Shown here: positions 18,905 to 27,849 of the stretch, in pieces
Numbering within the stretch: the first letter of the stretch is position 1
Layout of the letters: each line of letters starts with the position of its first letter
NCBI GenBank assembly: GCA_963824045.1
Contig: CAWGNW010000015.1
Coordinates: 150,812 to 214,811, forward strand
Length of the DNA stretch: 64,000 bases
Source: an uncultured Gammaproteobacteria bacterium
Lineage (GTDB): Bacteria > Pseudomonadota > Gammaproteobacteria > UBA9214
Reading direction: 5' to 3'
The notes under the pieces: model-generated
Databases searched by the model: none
Told to the model about the DNA's origin: nothing
What the model saw: only the letters and a program-made list of their open reading frames with translations
Position numbers and translations under genes: made by a program

Positions 18905-18952
18905 AAAAAAGGTGTCAGGAACCTTTGATCAAAGGTTCCTGACACCTTTTTT
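18905..18952. terminator. bidirectional intrinsic terminator (16-bp perfect stem, A6/T6 flanks)
   Basis: AAAAAA-GGTGTCAGGAACCTTT-GATC-AAAGGTTCCTGACACC-TTTTTT, between convergent genes. The left arm contains the hoxW stop codon. Confidence 0.8.
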
Positions 18953-19442
18953 CTTTCAGGAATTCGCAGGCCTGCGCGCAGGCAGCCTGCAGGTTGGCGC
19001 GGGCCTGTGCCGACAGGGGCTGGCCGAGCTCGAACTCGTAACCGCGGATTGACAGCATGAAGGCCGGTGGCGGCGGGTAATCGTTGATCTGCTCATAGAC
19101 CGCCAGCACGGCACCGGGACTCATGGCGTGGGTGGTGTAGCTGGCATCGCGTTCCGCCTGCAGGGGATGCAGTTCGTATGGCGCCTGCGCGGACACGCTG
19201 GCATCGACGAACAGCACCCGCTCGCGCCCCTGCAGGTCCAGGGCATGTTCGACCTGCAACTGGAAATCCGTCAGCAGCTCGACATCGGATAACTCGCCCT
19301 GCTGCTGGCGTGACGCAAGCAATTCCAGCAACGCGGGACCCAGTGCATCGTCACCGCGCGAGGGGTTGCCCCAGGCGAACACCAGCAGCGGCCTGACACC
19401 GTGAGTGTTCACGCGGACTTCAGTCCGCTGCGCGGATGGCAC
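18915..19442 (-). CDS. hoxW: [NiFe] hydrogenase maturation endopeptidase (HoxW/HyaD family)
   Basis: RPLLVFAWGNPSRGDDALGPALLELL...VELLTDFQLQVEHALDL...VLFVDAS is the HycI/HyaD protease pattern. The track start (GTG 19442) overlaps hoxH; an alternative GTG at 19415 lies 7 nt after the hoxH stop. Confidence 0.85.
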   Translation of the reverse strand: MPSAQRTEVRVNTHGVRPLLVFAWGNPSRGDDALGPALLELLASRQQQGELSDVELLTDFQLQVEHALDLQGRERVLFVDASVSAQAPYELHPLQAERDASYTTHAMSPGAVLAVYEQINDYPPPPAFMLSIRGYEFELGQPLSAQARANLQAACAQACEFLKEKRCQEPLIKGS

Positions 19443-20916
19443 CCGAGGAACTTTTCACCAGCCGCTCGACCTGTTCGCCGTTGCTGTCCAGCAGGCTGAT
19501 TTCCAGCGGCATCCTGCCCAGCGCATGGGTGGCACAGGACAGGCAGGGGTCGTAGGCGCGGATGGCCACCTCGATCTGGTTCAGCAGGGGTTCCGTGAGG
19601 TGCCGGCCGTCCAGGTATTGGCTGGCCACCTGGCGGATGGACTCGTTCATCGCCTGGTTGTTGTTGGTGGTGGAGACGATCAGGTTGCACTTCTCGACGA
19701 TGCCGTCGGCGTTGATCTCGTAATGATGCAACAGTGTGCCACGCGGAGCCTCGATGACGCCGACACCGCGCGACTGCAGCTCGCCCCGCACCCGCAGGTC
19801 GTCGCCCAGCAAGTCGGGATCATGCAGCAGTTCCCGGATGGCCTCGGCGCAGTGCAGCAGCTCGACAAGGCGCGCCCAGTGATAGGCCAGCGTGGCCTGC
19901 AATGGCGCCCCGTCCTTGCCAGCCTTGCGGAACTCGACCCGCTCGCGCTCCGCCAGTGGCGTGTCGAAGAAGTCGCAGTTGTTCACCCGGGCCAGCGGCC
20001 CGACCCGGTACCAGCCGTCCTCCATACCGAGGGACTCTATGAAGGGAAACTTCATGTAACTCCAGTTCTTGACGCCTTCACGCAGGTACTGGTCGTAGGC
20101 ATTGCATTCGGCGTGGTCGAAAATGCTCCCGCCCTTCGCATCACGCGCGCGCAGCCCGCCGTCATAGATCTCGAAGCCGCCGTCGGCGCGCACCAGGCTC
20201 AGCATGCTGCTGTCGATGGTGGCGAAGGCCTGGTGATACTCCAGCTGTTCGAAATAGATCCGCTTGATGAGCGCCACGGCCTCCACGCTCCAGGTCACGA
20301 CCTGCTCGATGTCCCGCAGCAGGTAATCACATTCCTCGCGGCTCAGCGATTTGTTGACGCCGCCGGGAATCGCGCCGGTACCGTGGATGCGCTTGCCCGC
20401 GGTGACGCGGATCACCTCCTGGCCGTACTTGCGCAGCAGCACGCCCTGTCTGGCGATCTCCGGGTGGTCCTCGATCACGCCGACGATGTTGCGATGACGC
20501 ACCGCGTCGTCGAAGCCGAACAGCAGGTCGGGTGAGCACAGGTGGAAAAAATGCAGCGCATGCGACTGCAGGGTCTGGCCGAAGTGCATCAGCCGGCGAA
20601 TCTTCTCCGCCGTGGGGGTAAGTTGCTTGACACCCACCAGGGCATCAGTGGCCTTGGCGGCGGCCAGGAGATGGCTCACCGGACAGATGCCGCAGAGGCG
20701 CTGCACCAGCACCGGCACTTCCCAGTAGGGCCGCCCCTGGATGAATTTCTCGAAGCCGCGGAACTCGACGATATGCAGGCGCGCCTGCCGGATGTGGTTG
20801 TCGTCATCCAGCAGCAGGGTGACCTTGCCGTGCCCCTCGACCCGCGTCAGCGGCTCGATTACCACCCGCCGCAGCCCTTCCGGGTTGCTGGCGGTTTCCA
20901 GTTGCTCCGACATCAT
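19420..20916 (-). CDS. hoxH: NAD-reducing [NiFe] hydrogenase large subunit HoxH
   Basis: The N-terminal Ni-binding motif is RLCGICPVSH and the C-terminal motif is DPCLSCATH, followed by a ~34-aa extension that would be removed by HoxW. TRVEGHGKV near the N-terminus. Confidence 0.95.
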   Translation of the reverse strand: MMSEQLETASNPEGLRRVVIEPLTRVEGHGKVTLLLDDDNHIRQARLHIVEFRGFEKFIQGRPYWEVPVLVQRLCGICPVSHLLAAAKATDALVGVKQLTPTAEKIRRLMHFGQTLQSHALHFFHLCSPDLLFGFDDAVRHRNIVGVIEDHPEIARQGVLLRKYGQEVIRVTAGKRIHGTGAIPGGVNKSLSREECDYLLRDIEQVVTWSVEAVALIKRIYFEQLEYHQAFATIDSSMLSLVRADGGFEIYDGGLRARDAKGGSIFDHAECNAYDQYLREGVKNWSYMKFPFIESLGMEDGWYRVGPLARVNNCDFFDTPLAERERVEFRKAGKDGAPLQATLAYHWARLVELLHCAEAIRELLHDPDLLGDDLRVRGELQSRGVGVIEAPRGTLLHHYEINADGIVEKCNLIVSTTNNNQAMNESIRQVASQYLDGRHLTEPLLNQIEVAIRAYDPCLSCATHALGRMPLEISLLDSNGEQVERLVKSSSGAIRAAD

Positions 20917-20955
20917 GGGTCCTCGCTGCGGTCGCCGCGAAATGCAGCGGCCTCG

Positions 20956-21495
20956 TTAATCATAATGTAGCTGCGTGTACGGAAGGCTGACCGGTTTGCC
21001 CTCAAGCAGTTCGATCAGGAAGGTCCAGATGGCATCCCCGCTGGGCGGACAACCCGGCAGAAAGTAGTCGATTTTCACTATTTCGTGGATCGGGTGCACC
21101 TTGTTCAGCAGCAGCGGAATCTCCGGGTCGTTCGGGATCATGGCATTAGCCAGGCCGATGCAGTCGATATAGGACTCCTCCAGGCACTCGCGCAACTCGA
21201 ACTGGTTGCGCATGGCAGGGATGCCACCGTTCACCGCGCAGGCCCCCATCGCCACCAGCACCCTGCAGTGCCTGCGGAACTCCAGCAGCACCTCGACATT
21301 TTCCGCATTCGCCACGCCGCCCTCGATGATACCGAGGTCGCATTCACCGATGACCTTGATGTCCGTGAGCGGGGTGCGGTCGAACTCGACCAGGTCCACC
21401 AGCTGGAGGATCCGTTCGTCGATATCCAGCAGGGACATGTGGCAGCCGAAACAGCCCGCCAGTGATGCCGTCGCCACGCGCAGCTTGTCAGTCAT
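20956..21495 (-). CDS. hoxY: NAD-reducing [NiFe] hydrogenase small (delta) subunit HoxY
   Basis: MTDKLRVATASLAGCFGCHMSLLDIDERIL...GACAVNGGIPAM...DYFLPGCPPSGDAI matches HoxY/FrhG-type small subunits as I recall them. ATG at 21495 lies 1 nt after the hoxU stop, so the longer track ORF to 21663 is rejected. Confidence 0.92.
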   Translation of the reverse strand: MTDKLRVATASLAGCFGCHMSLLDIDERILQLVDLVEFDRTPLTDIKVIGECDLGIIEGGVANAENVEVLLEFRRHCRVLVAMGACAVNGGIPAMRNQFELRECLEESYIDCIGLANAMIPNDPEIPLLLNKVHPIHEIVKIDYFLPGCPPSGDAIWTFLIELLEGKPVSLPYTQLHYD

Positions 21496-21496
21496 C

Positions 21497-22222
21497 TCAG
21501 GTCTTCCTTGCCTTGCTGCTGTGCATATCGCCAACCACGCTGACGGGTTGCAGGTCATAGAGACGTTTGCCGATCGGCCGCTCGTAGCCGCGGTTTCTGG
21601 GTATGATCGCGCCCACCGGGCAGACATGCGCCGCCTTGTCGGTGACGGAGAAATCGCTGTCACCCAGCTTGCCGCTGGGCGAGTTGATCACCAGGTGGCT
21701 GCCGATGCCGCGGCCGCTGACGGAAAATACCTCCTTGCCGTCGACGTCGCGGCTGGCGCGGACGCACAGCTCGCACAGGATGCAGCGGTTGAAGTCGATC
21801 ACGATATCCGGGTGCGAGGCATCGACCTCGCGGCGCGGAAAGAAGTGCGTGTAGTGCGGCGACAGCATGTTGCAGTAATAGGCCACCGCCTGCAGCTGAC
21901 AGGCGCCGCTAACCTCGCATCCCGGGCACACGTGGTTGCCCTCGACAAACAGCATCTGCAGCAGGTTGCGGCGCTGCCCCGTGATTTCAGCGCAATTGTT
22001 GTCCACCTCGGCACCGGCCGTCGCCGGCTGGGTGCAGGCGGCGACATGGCGGCCGCTGACCCCGACGATGCAGACACGGCAACTGCCGTGCGGTTTGAAT
22101 TCCGGATTGTGGCACAGGTGCGGTATGTACTTGCCGGCACGCAACGCGGCATCCATGATGGTATCGCCTTCCTCGAATGCGATGGTCTCGCCGTCCAGCA
22201 GAAAACTTCCGGTCTCGTTCAT
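21497..22222 (-). CDS. hoxU: NAD-reducing hydrogenase diaphorase subunit HoxU (2Fe-2S plus 4Fe-4S clusters)
   Basis: The Cys patterns of NuoG-N-terminal/HoxU proteins are present: C-x-C...C (HGSCRVCIVGV...AAC), HVCPGCEVSGACQLQ and CILCELCVRA...VCPVGA. Confidence 0.93.
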   Translation of the reverse strand: MNETGSFLLDGETIAFEEGDTIMDAALRAGKYIPHLCHNPEFKPHGSCRVCIVGVSGRHVAACTQPATAGAEVDNNCAEITGQRRNLLQMLFVEGNHVCPGCEVSGACQLQAVAYYCNMLSPHYTHFFPRREVDASHPDIVIDFNRCILCELCVRASRDVDGKEVFSVSGRGIGSHLVINSPSGKLGDSDFSVTDKAAHVCPVGAIIPRNRGYERPIGKRLYDLQPVSVVGDMHSSKARKT

Positions 22223-24018
22223 GATCGCACCTTGATGTGTGCGGCGGCGTCCGTACGGCCGGTGATCGCACGCGCCTCGTCCAGCGCGGCATCCAGGTCG
22301 AAGGCGGGTTCAAAGCCGCTGTGCCGCAGGCGGTGCCGGTAACTGTCCGGGAATTTCTCCAGGGTATCCAGCACGTGGTTGGGTGCGGTGGTTCCCAGGC
22401 CGCACTGGCTGTTCTGCCGCATCAGCTTGCCGATGCCGCGCATCTCCTGCAGGTCGGACTCGCCGGCGCGCCCGTCGCAGACCTTGTCGACCAGGTCCCG
22501 CAGCAGCGCACCACCCACCCGGCAGGGGGTGCAGAAGCCGCAGCTCTCGTGGGTGAAGAAATGCGCGAAGTTGCGCACCATGTCCAGCATGTCCCGCGAG
22601 GTGTTGAAGACCATGAAGGAACCGCCGGTCGCGATATCCTCGAAGGCCAGTGAGCGGTCGAATTCCGCCGCCGGGATGGTCGAACCGGCAGCGCCGGCAA
22701 TCTGCACCGCCTGGGCATCCCCGCCGCCGCAGTCCTGCAACACCTGTCTGACGGTGACGCCGAAGGGGTATTCGTAGATGCCGGGACGCTCGCAATCGCC
22801 GCTGATGCTGAGCAGCTTGGTGCCGGTGGATTCCGCGGTTCCCGTCGCGGTGAACCAGCCGGACCCGTGCACCGCGATCGCGGCAGCGGCGGCAAAGGTC
22901 TCCACGTTGTTGACCACGGTCGGCTGGCCGCGGAAGCCGTGCGTTACCGGGAATGGCGGGCGGTTGCGAGGGATGCCGCGTTTGCCTTCCAGCGATTCGA
23001 TCAGCGCCGATTCCTCGCCGCAGATATAGGCGCCGGCGCCCATGTGGATCTCAATATCGAAATCGAAGCCGTCCCTGCCGAGGATGCGCTTGCCGAGCAG
23101 GCCGTCCCGGCGGCGACGTTCCAGCACGGCCTGCAACGGTTCGCGCAGATGACGGTATTCGCCGCGCAGGTAGATGAAGCCGCTGCGCGCCCCGATAATG
23201 CCGGCGCACAGGGTCATGCCCTCGCACACCTGGTCGGCATGGCTGTTGAGGAGGATGCGGTCCTTGAAGGTTCCTGGCTCGCCTTCGTCGGCGTTGCAGA
23301 CAACGTGGCGCTCCCCGGCCGGCGCGGCGCGGCACAGGCGCCACTTGGTCGCGGTACTGAAACCCGCGCCGCCGCGCCCGCGCAGGAGGCTGGAACGTTC
23401 CACCTGTTCCAGCGTGACATCCGCACCCGCGCGCAGCAGTGCCTGCAGGGCGGCGCCCTCCCCGATCGTATCTGTCAGCAGACGGTCACGGCGCCGGATG
23501 TTGTCCGCAACCTGGAAATACTCCCCGGGCCAGCCGGATACCGGCGTACCCGCCTCGACCAGGTCTGCAATCGTATCGATACGCGCCGCGTCCAGCCGGG
23601 CGAGCGCCCAGCCATTCACCAGCAGCGCAGGCCCCTGGTCACAGAGGCCGGTGCAGGAAGTGGTATCGATCGTTACGCGTCCGTCGCCCCGGGGTACGCC
23701 CTTGCCCACGCCCAGCCGCACGCACAGCCGCTGCAGCAATTCACGGCTGCCCAGCATGTGGTCCGTGATGCTGTCGCTGAACAGGATGTCGAATTCACCG
23801 CGTGGCGTGTGGTGCAGGAAGCTGTAGAAATCGACCACCCCGGTGATGCGGGTTAGCGGCAGATTCAGGTACGCGGCAAGCAGTTCAATCGCGTGCGCCG
23901 GGACACAGGAATAGCGGTACTGGATTTCGTAGAGGTACTGCAGCAACAGCCCGGGGTCGGCGTTCGCGCCGCCGCACAGCTGCGCGAGGAAGGTGTCGAG
24001 AGTGTCGAACTTGTCCAT
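22219..24018 (-). CDS. hoxF: NAD-reducing hydrogenase diaphorase subunit HoxF (NuoE-like plus NuoF-like fusion)
   Basis: The FMN/NADH motifs are GRGGAGFSTATKWR, CNADEGEPGTFKDR and GAGAYICGEESALIESLEGKRG, and the 4Fe-4S motif is ESCGFCTPCR. The N-terminal thioredoxin-like NuoE part has CTGLCDQGPA. Start at MDKFDT (24018) chosen by analogy with SH-type HoxF; the track ORF extends to 24066. Confidence 0.93.
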   Translation of the reverse strand: MDKFDTLDTFLAQLCGGANADPGLLLQYLYEIQYRYSCVPAHAIELLAAYLNLPLTRITGVVDFYSFLHHTPRGEFDILFSDSITDHMLGSRELLQRLCVRLGVGKGVPRGDGRVTIDTTSCTGLCDQGPALLVNGWALARLDAARIDTIADLVEAGTPVSGWPGEYFQVADNIRRRDRLLTDTIGEGAALQALLRAGADVTLEQVERSSLLRGRGGAGFSTATKWRLCRAAPAGERHVVCNADEGEPGTFKDRILLNSHADQVCEGMTLCAGIIGARSGFIYLRGEYRHLREPLQAVLERRRRDGLLGKRILGRDGFDFDIEIHMGAGAYICGEESALIESLEGKRGIPRNRPPFPVTHGFRGQPTVVNNVETFAAAAAIAVHGSGWFTATGTAESTGTKLLSISGDCERPGIYEYPFGVTVRQVLQDCGGGDAQAVQIAGAAGSTIPAAEFDRSLAFEDIATGGSFMVFNTSRDMLDMVRNFAHFFTHESCGFCTPCRVGGALLRDLVDKVCDGRAGESDLQEMRGIGKLMRQNSQCGLGTTAPNHVLDTLEKFPDSYRHRLRHSGFEPAFDLDAALDEARAITGRTDAAAHIKVRS

Positions 24019-24532
24019 GTCACCGGCTCGGATGGTTGCGGCAGTGTTTGCGGAATATGGCGGCATCCCCGTTCAGGATGCAATTAGCAGGCCGCAGCTC
24101 CGGCCGTATCCTACAGCGTGCCCCATACAGGCTGCAACGTGAATCACGTGGCGACCTGCACACCGCACACCGGGATGAACCCTTGCACCTGCAATGCGCT
24201 GCGCGCGGTCAATTCCGTGAACCGGATGCGTGTGCTGGCGGGTAATGATAACAACAAAATCAGTGTTATACCTGCACATACACCGGGTATGCCAACGGGT
24301 AAAGCGCAGTTTGGTCGCGACAGCAGTATACGGGTTTCGCCGGTGGTACATGCTGTAATCCAGACTCCCCGGCTGGCACGTCTTGCGCCTCCCGGCCGCC
24401 TATGCCTGCAAACTTCATTACATGGTAACACCCGGGTTCTGCACCACGATCAGGCGACAGCGTGCGATCCATGCCCCGCCACGGTGCAAACTGATATAAA
24501 CTGGCGGTGTTGTTAAACACACCCGGCAAACC

Positions 24533-25738
24533 ATGACTAGCCAGTCCGAGCAAGCCGCCATCGAAATTCGCGTTGACTGGGAGCACAGCGATGTGCGGCA
24601 TCGCAACCGCCAGCATTTCGGGAAGTTCAACTTCTGGCGCGATATCCTGCCCGGAGCCCTCTCGATCAAACTGCCCGATACTGATGGCGAGTGGGTGAGC
24701 GAGCGCTTCCCCGCCGGCGAACTGGTACCGCCCTGGAGTGAGCGTAATATTCACCGGGTCAGGATCAGCGACCTGCGCCTGCAGCGCAGGCAAGGACCGC
24801 CCGTCACCCTGCACACCGGCAGGCACTATCCTCGCTATATCGCCGCCGGCACGGCTGATATCTTTACCGGCAACATCCACCCCATGCGCATCCTGGAGAT
24901 CGACGCAAGCAGCGCGACTATCGACCTCAACCACCCGCTCGCACGGGCACCCCTGACCGTTGCCGCCTGCATACAGCAGCGCGACGACCTGGTACGCGAG
25001 CATGGCGGACGCTGCAACGACGTTCTGCTGGATGTCTTCGGCGCCGGCGCCGGTATGGAGGCACTGCGCGCGCCCGGCTCGACGGACTTTTTTTCCGGCA
25101 GCCCGTTTGAACGTCTGGACCCGCGCCCGGATGAGCGATTTTACGAAAAAGCACGCCTGGTCCCGCACCTCGACAGCACGGCCAGCCGGCAAATCGGGGA
25201 AATCCATGAGCGCTTTCTGGAACCGGGCATGCACGTTCTGGACCTGATGAGCAGCTGGGTTTCGCACCTGCCGGAAGACAGCGGCAACATCAGGCTCACG
25301 GGGCTGGGCATGAATGCGGAAGAACTGGCGCAGAACACACGCCTGGACGAGCGCATCGTCCACGACCTCAATGCGCTGCCCGCTTTGCCGTTCCCGGACA
25401 ACAGTTTCGACGCTGTCATCTGCAGCGTTTCCATCGAGTACCTCATCCGGCCGGTGGCGGTGCTGCAGGAACTCGGGCGGGTGCTCAAACCCGGCGCGGC
25501 GGTAATTATCACCTTCTCCGACCGCTGGTTCCCGACCAAGGCAATCGAGTTATGGACGGAACTGCATCCGTTCGAGCGCATGGGTCTGGTGCTGGAATAT
25601 TTTCGCCAGTCCGGCAATTTCACTGCCCTGCACAGTGAATCACTGCGAGGATTGCCACGCCCGCAGGATGACAAATACACAGGCCAGCTTGCGCATTCGG
25701 ACCCCGTCTTCGCAGTCTGGGGACACGCCGAAAAATAA
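24533..25738 (+). CDS. fusion protein: FKBP/SlyD-like N-terminal domain plus class I SAM-dependent methyltransferase
   Basis: The N-terminal ~190 aa end with ...ILEIDASSATIDLNHPLARAPLTV, which resembles the (D/N)FNHPLAG motif of FKBP-type PPIases. The C-terminal part has HVLDLMSSWVSHL...PFPDNSFDAVICSVSIEYL...VLKPGAAVIITF (Methyltransf_11-like). Confidence 0.8.
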   Translation: MTSQSEQAAIEIRVDWEHSDVRHRNRQHFGKFNFWRDILPGALSIKLPDTDGEWVSERFPAGELVPPWSERNIHRVRISDLRLQRRQGPPVTLHTGRHYPRYIAAGTADIFTGNIHPMRILEIDASSATIDLNHPLARAPLTVAACIQQRDDLVREHGGRCNDVLLDVFGAGAGMEALRAPGSTDFFSGSPFERLDPRPDERFYEKARLVPHLDSTASRQIGEIHERFLEPGMHVLDLMSSWVSHLPEDSGNIRLTGLGMNAEELAQNTRLDERIVHDLNALPALPFPDNSFDAVICSVSIEYLIRPVAVLQELGRVLKPGAAVIITFSDRWFPTKAIELWTELHPFERMGLVLEYFRQSGNFTALHSESLRGLPRPQDDKYTGQLAHSDPVFAVWGHAEK

Positions 25739-26034
25739 ACCGGCCCGGCAGCAAGTCTGCAGCGGCAGGCGCAGCCTGCGCCACACACCCTTCAGCCGCC
25801 AGGCATGCCTGTACCGGTATATACACACCTCAGGGGACCTGATCACAAGCAACCAGCTGGTTGCAGCTTTGCAAAAAGCACACAGGATTTATGACCGGCA
25901 TATCCTGAGCGCCACAGGGGAACTTGCAGGCCGGATTCACTCCATCCGCAAGCGGGGGAACGTCCCGCACGCCGGTTCCTGCCCTTCACCGGGTACGCAA
26001 TGACAATCAGTCAGGTTACTGACAACAGCCATTG

Positions 26035-26829
26035 TCAGGCAGTCTCTTTGAGCGGATATGCGGGGGCATGCATCCCCTTGCGGCGCGCTTCGTTGATGTA
26101 AGCCGGCAGATCCTGCTGGGCCAGATCATAAAGTTCATCAAAACTCTCGATAGTGAAATATATCGATTGAAAGATGTCGATTCGGTACGGCGTACGCAAT
26201 GCGTCGACAGGGTCCAGCCGTTTACGTTGCGGCGCGTCGCTTTCGAGCGCATAGATCAACTCACCCGGCGAGGAGACAATACCGGCACCGTAAGAACGCA
26301 GACCTTCGTGGGTCTGAATCAGACCAAATTCAACCGTAAACCAGAACAGCCTGGCCAGCATGGCATGATCGGCAGAATCTGCTGCCAATCCCGTTTTTCC
26401 GTAAATTTCACAGAAAGTGGCGAAACGCTGATCGGTCAGTAACGGCGTGTGGCCGAAAATCTCATGGAAAATATCGGGTTCGCGGAGATAGCTCATCTCG
26501 TCGCGGTTACGGATAAAGGTCGCCGCCGGGAATTGCCGGTTGGCCAGAAGCTCGAAGATGGTAGTGAAATTAATGAGTGCCGGCACCGGCTTGACGGACC
26601 ACCCGCTGTGCTCCATCAGCACGGCGGATACTTCGGAAAGCTGCGGGATTCGGTCCCGCGGAAACTCCATACGATCCAGAGCGCGAATATATTCATTACA
26701 GGCACTGCCGTGCAGACGCGGCAGTTGAGTCGTGATCAGATCGTGCCACATCAGGTTCTCTTCATCCGTGTAACGGACATAGCCCCTGGCGTCGGGTATT
26801 TTGGCGATGTAGGTGCTGGATTTTCCCAT
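26035..26829 (-). CDS. phhA: phenylalanine 4-hydroxylase
   Basis: The iron ligands and surrounding motif are EPDIFHEIFGHTPLL ... FWFTVEFGL ... YGAGIVSSPGE. The 264-aa length is typical of bacterial PhhA. Confidence 0.93.
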   Translation of the reverse strand: MGKSSTYIAKIPDARGYVRYTDEENLMWHDLITTQLPRLHGSACNEYIRALDRMEFPRDRIPQLSEVSAVLMEHSGWSVKPVPALINFTTIFELLANRQFPAATFIRNRDEMSYLREPDIFHEIFGHTPLLTDQRFATFCEIYGKTGLAADSADHAMLARLFWFTVEFGLIQTHEGLRSYGAGIVSSPGELIYALESDAPQRKRLDPVDALRTPYRIDIFQSIYFTIESFDELYDLAQQDLPAYINEARRKGMHAPAYPLKETA

Positions 26830-26961
26830 GATTCATCCGCCCGGAGTGACAAGTTAATATTATCCAGTTTTCACGAAATATACTTGTTTTTATTGCGGCT
26901 ATTTTGTACTTTTTGCTATGATTTTTTCGTATTATTAAATTTTTATGGCATATACATTCCA

Positions 26962-27420
26962 ATGGACAAGACTGACTATAAAATCCTTTCAGCGCTGCAG
27001 GCGAACGGGCGTCTGTCCAGCCAGGCGCTGGCCGAGAAGGCAGGCCTGTCAACATCACCCTGCTGGCGGCGGCTGCGGAAGCTGGAAAAGGATGGGGTGA
27101 TTGCAAGCAATGTCGCGATCCTGAACCCGGAAAAGGTCGGCTTGCATGTGATTGCAATCGCCAATATATCGCTGGAAGACCACCACCCCGATTCAGTGCG
27201 CGAATTCGACCGGATGGTGGCGGAGCGCCCCGAAATCCTTGAGTGCTACGCGATGAGCGGACAGCATGATTTTCTGCTGAAGGTAATCTGTGAAAGCATC
27301 GGCGCCTACGACCAGTTGCTTGCCAAATATATTCTGCAGTGCAAGGCAGTACATACCGTGAACACGAGTTTCGTCATGCGGCGCACCAAGTCCACGACGG
27401 CGTTGCCTTTACCAGCCTGA
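26962..27420 (+). CDS. Lrp/AsnC-family transcriptional regulator
   Basis: MDKTDYKILSALQANGRLSSQALAEKAGLSTSPCWRRLRKLEKDGVI... (HTH) followed by a RAM-like domain. Divergent from phhA across an AT-rich 132-bp spacer. The in-frame upstream part of the track ORF (26449-) is antisense to phhA. Confidence 0.92.
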   Translation: MDKTDYKILSALQANGRLSSQALAEKAGLSTSPCWRRLRKLEKDGVIASNVAILNPEKVGLHVIAIANISLEDHHPDSVREFDRMVAERPEILECYAMSGQHDFLLKVICESIGAYDQLLAKYILQCKAVHTVNTSFVMRRTKSTTALPLPA

Positions 27421-27849
27421 CCGACATGCGCGGCCTGCGCGAATCCCCGGTAATACCCGGATGCCTGGTTTGGCTGGCGGGTTCAGCGAAGCTGCCTGGA
27501 CAAGCTCAAGGGGTTGACTGCATTCGTTCAAGCGGTGGATTCTACTGTGTTGTACGGCCAGTTCGACACCAGGATCCCGGGCGTGTGATTTGCGAAGCAG
27601 ATGCGGCTGTTTTTCTGCCTGTTTACTCAGGGCTGTTACCACCGCCCGTGTGTCCATGCCCCGGGCTTTAACGAGCATGCTGAATCACGAGTTTCGTTCA
27701 ACCGTTGTTGCCAATACGGGATGGCAAATCCCGCATTGGGATCGCCCTCCCGGCGGCATGGTCTCTGCTGAATTTACTGAGGATGCGAACGCCATCCGTG
27801 GCGTCCGGCTACCTCATCTGATCGGCGTGCACTCCTGCCAGCGCTTGCT

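Noticed and set aside
24374-24390. TGGCACGTCTTGCG resembling a sigma-54 -24/-12 element upstream of the FKBP-methyltransferase gene.
   Set aside because: The GG-to-GC spacing is 8 nt instead of the required 10, so it does not fit the RpoN consensus.
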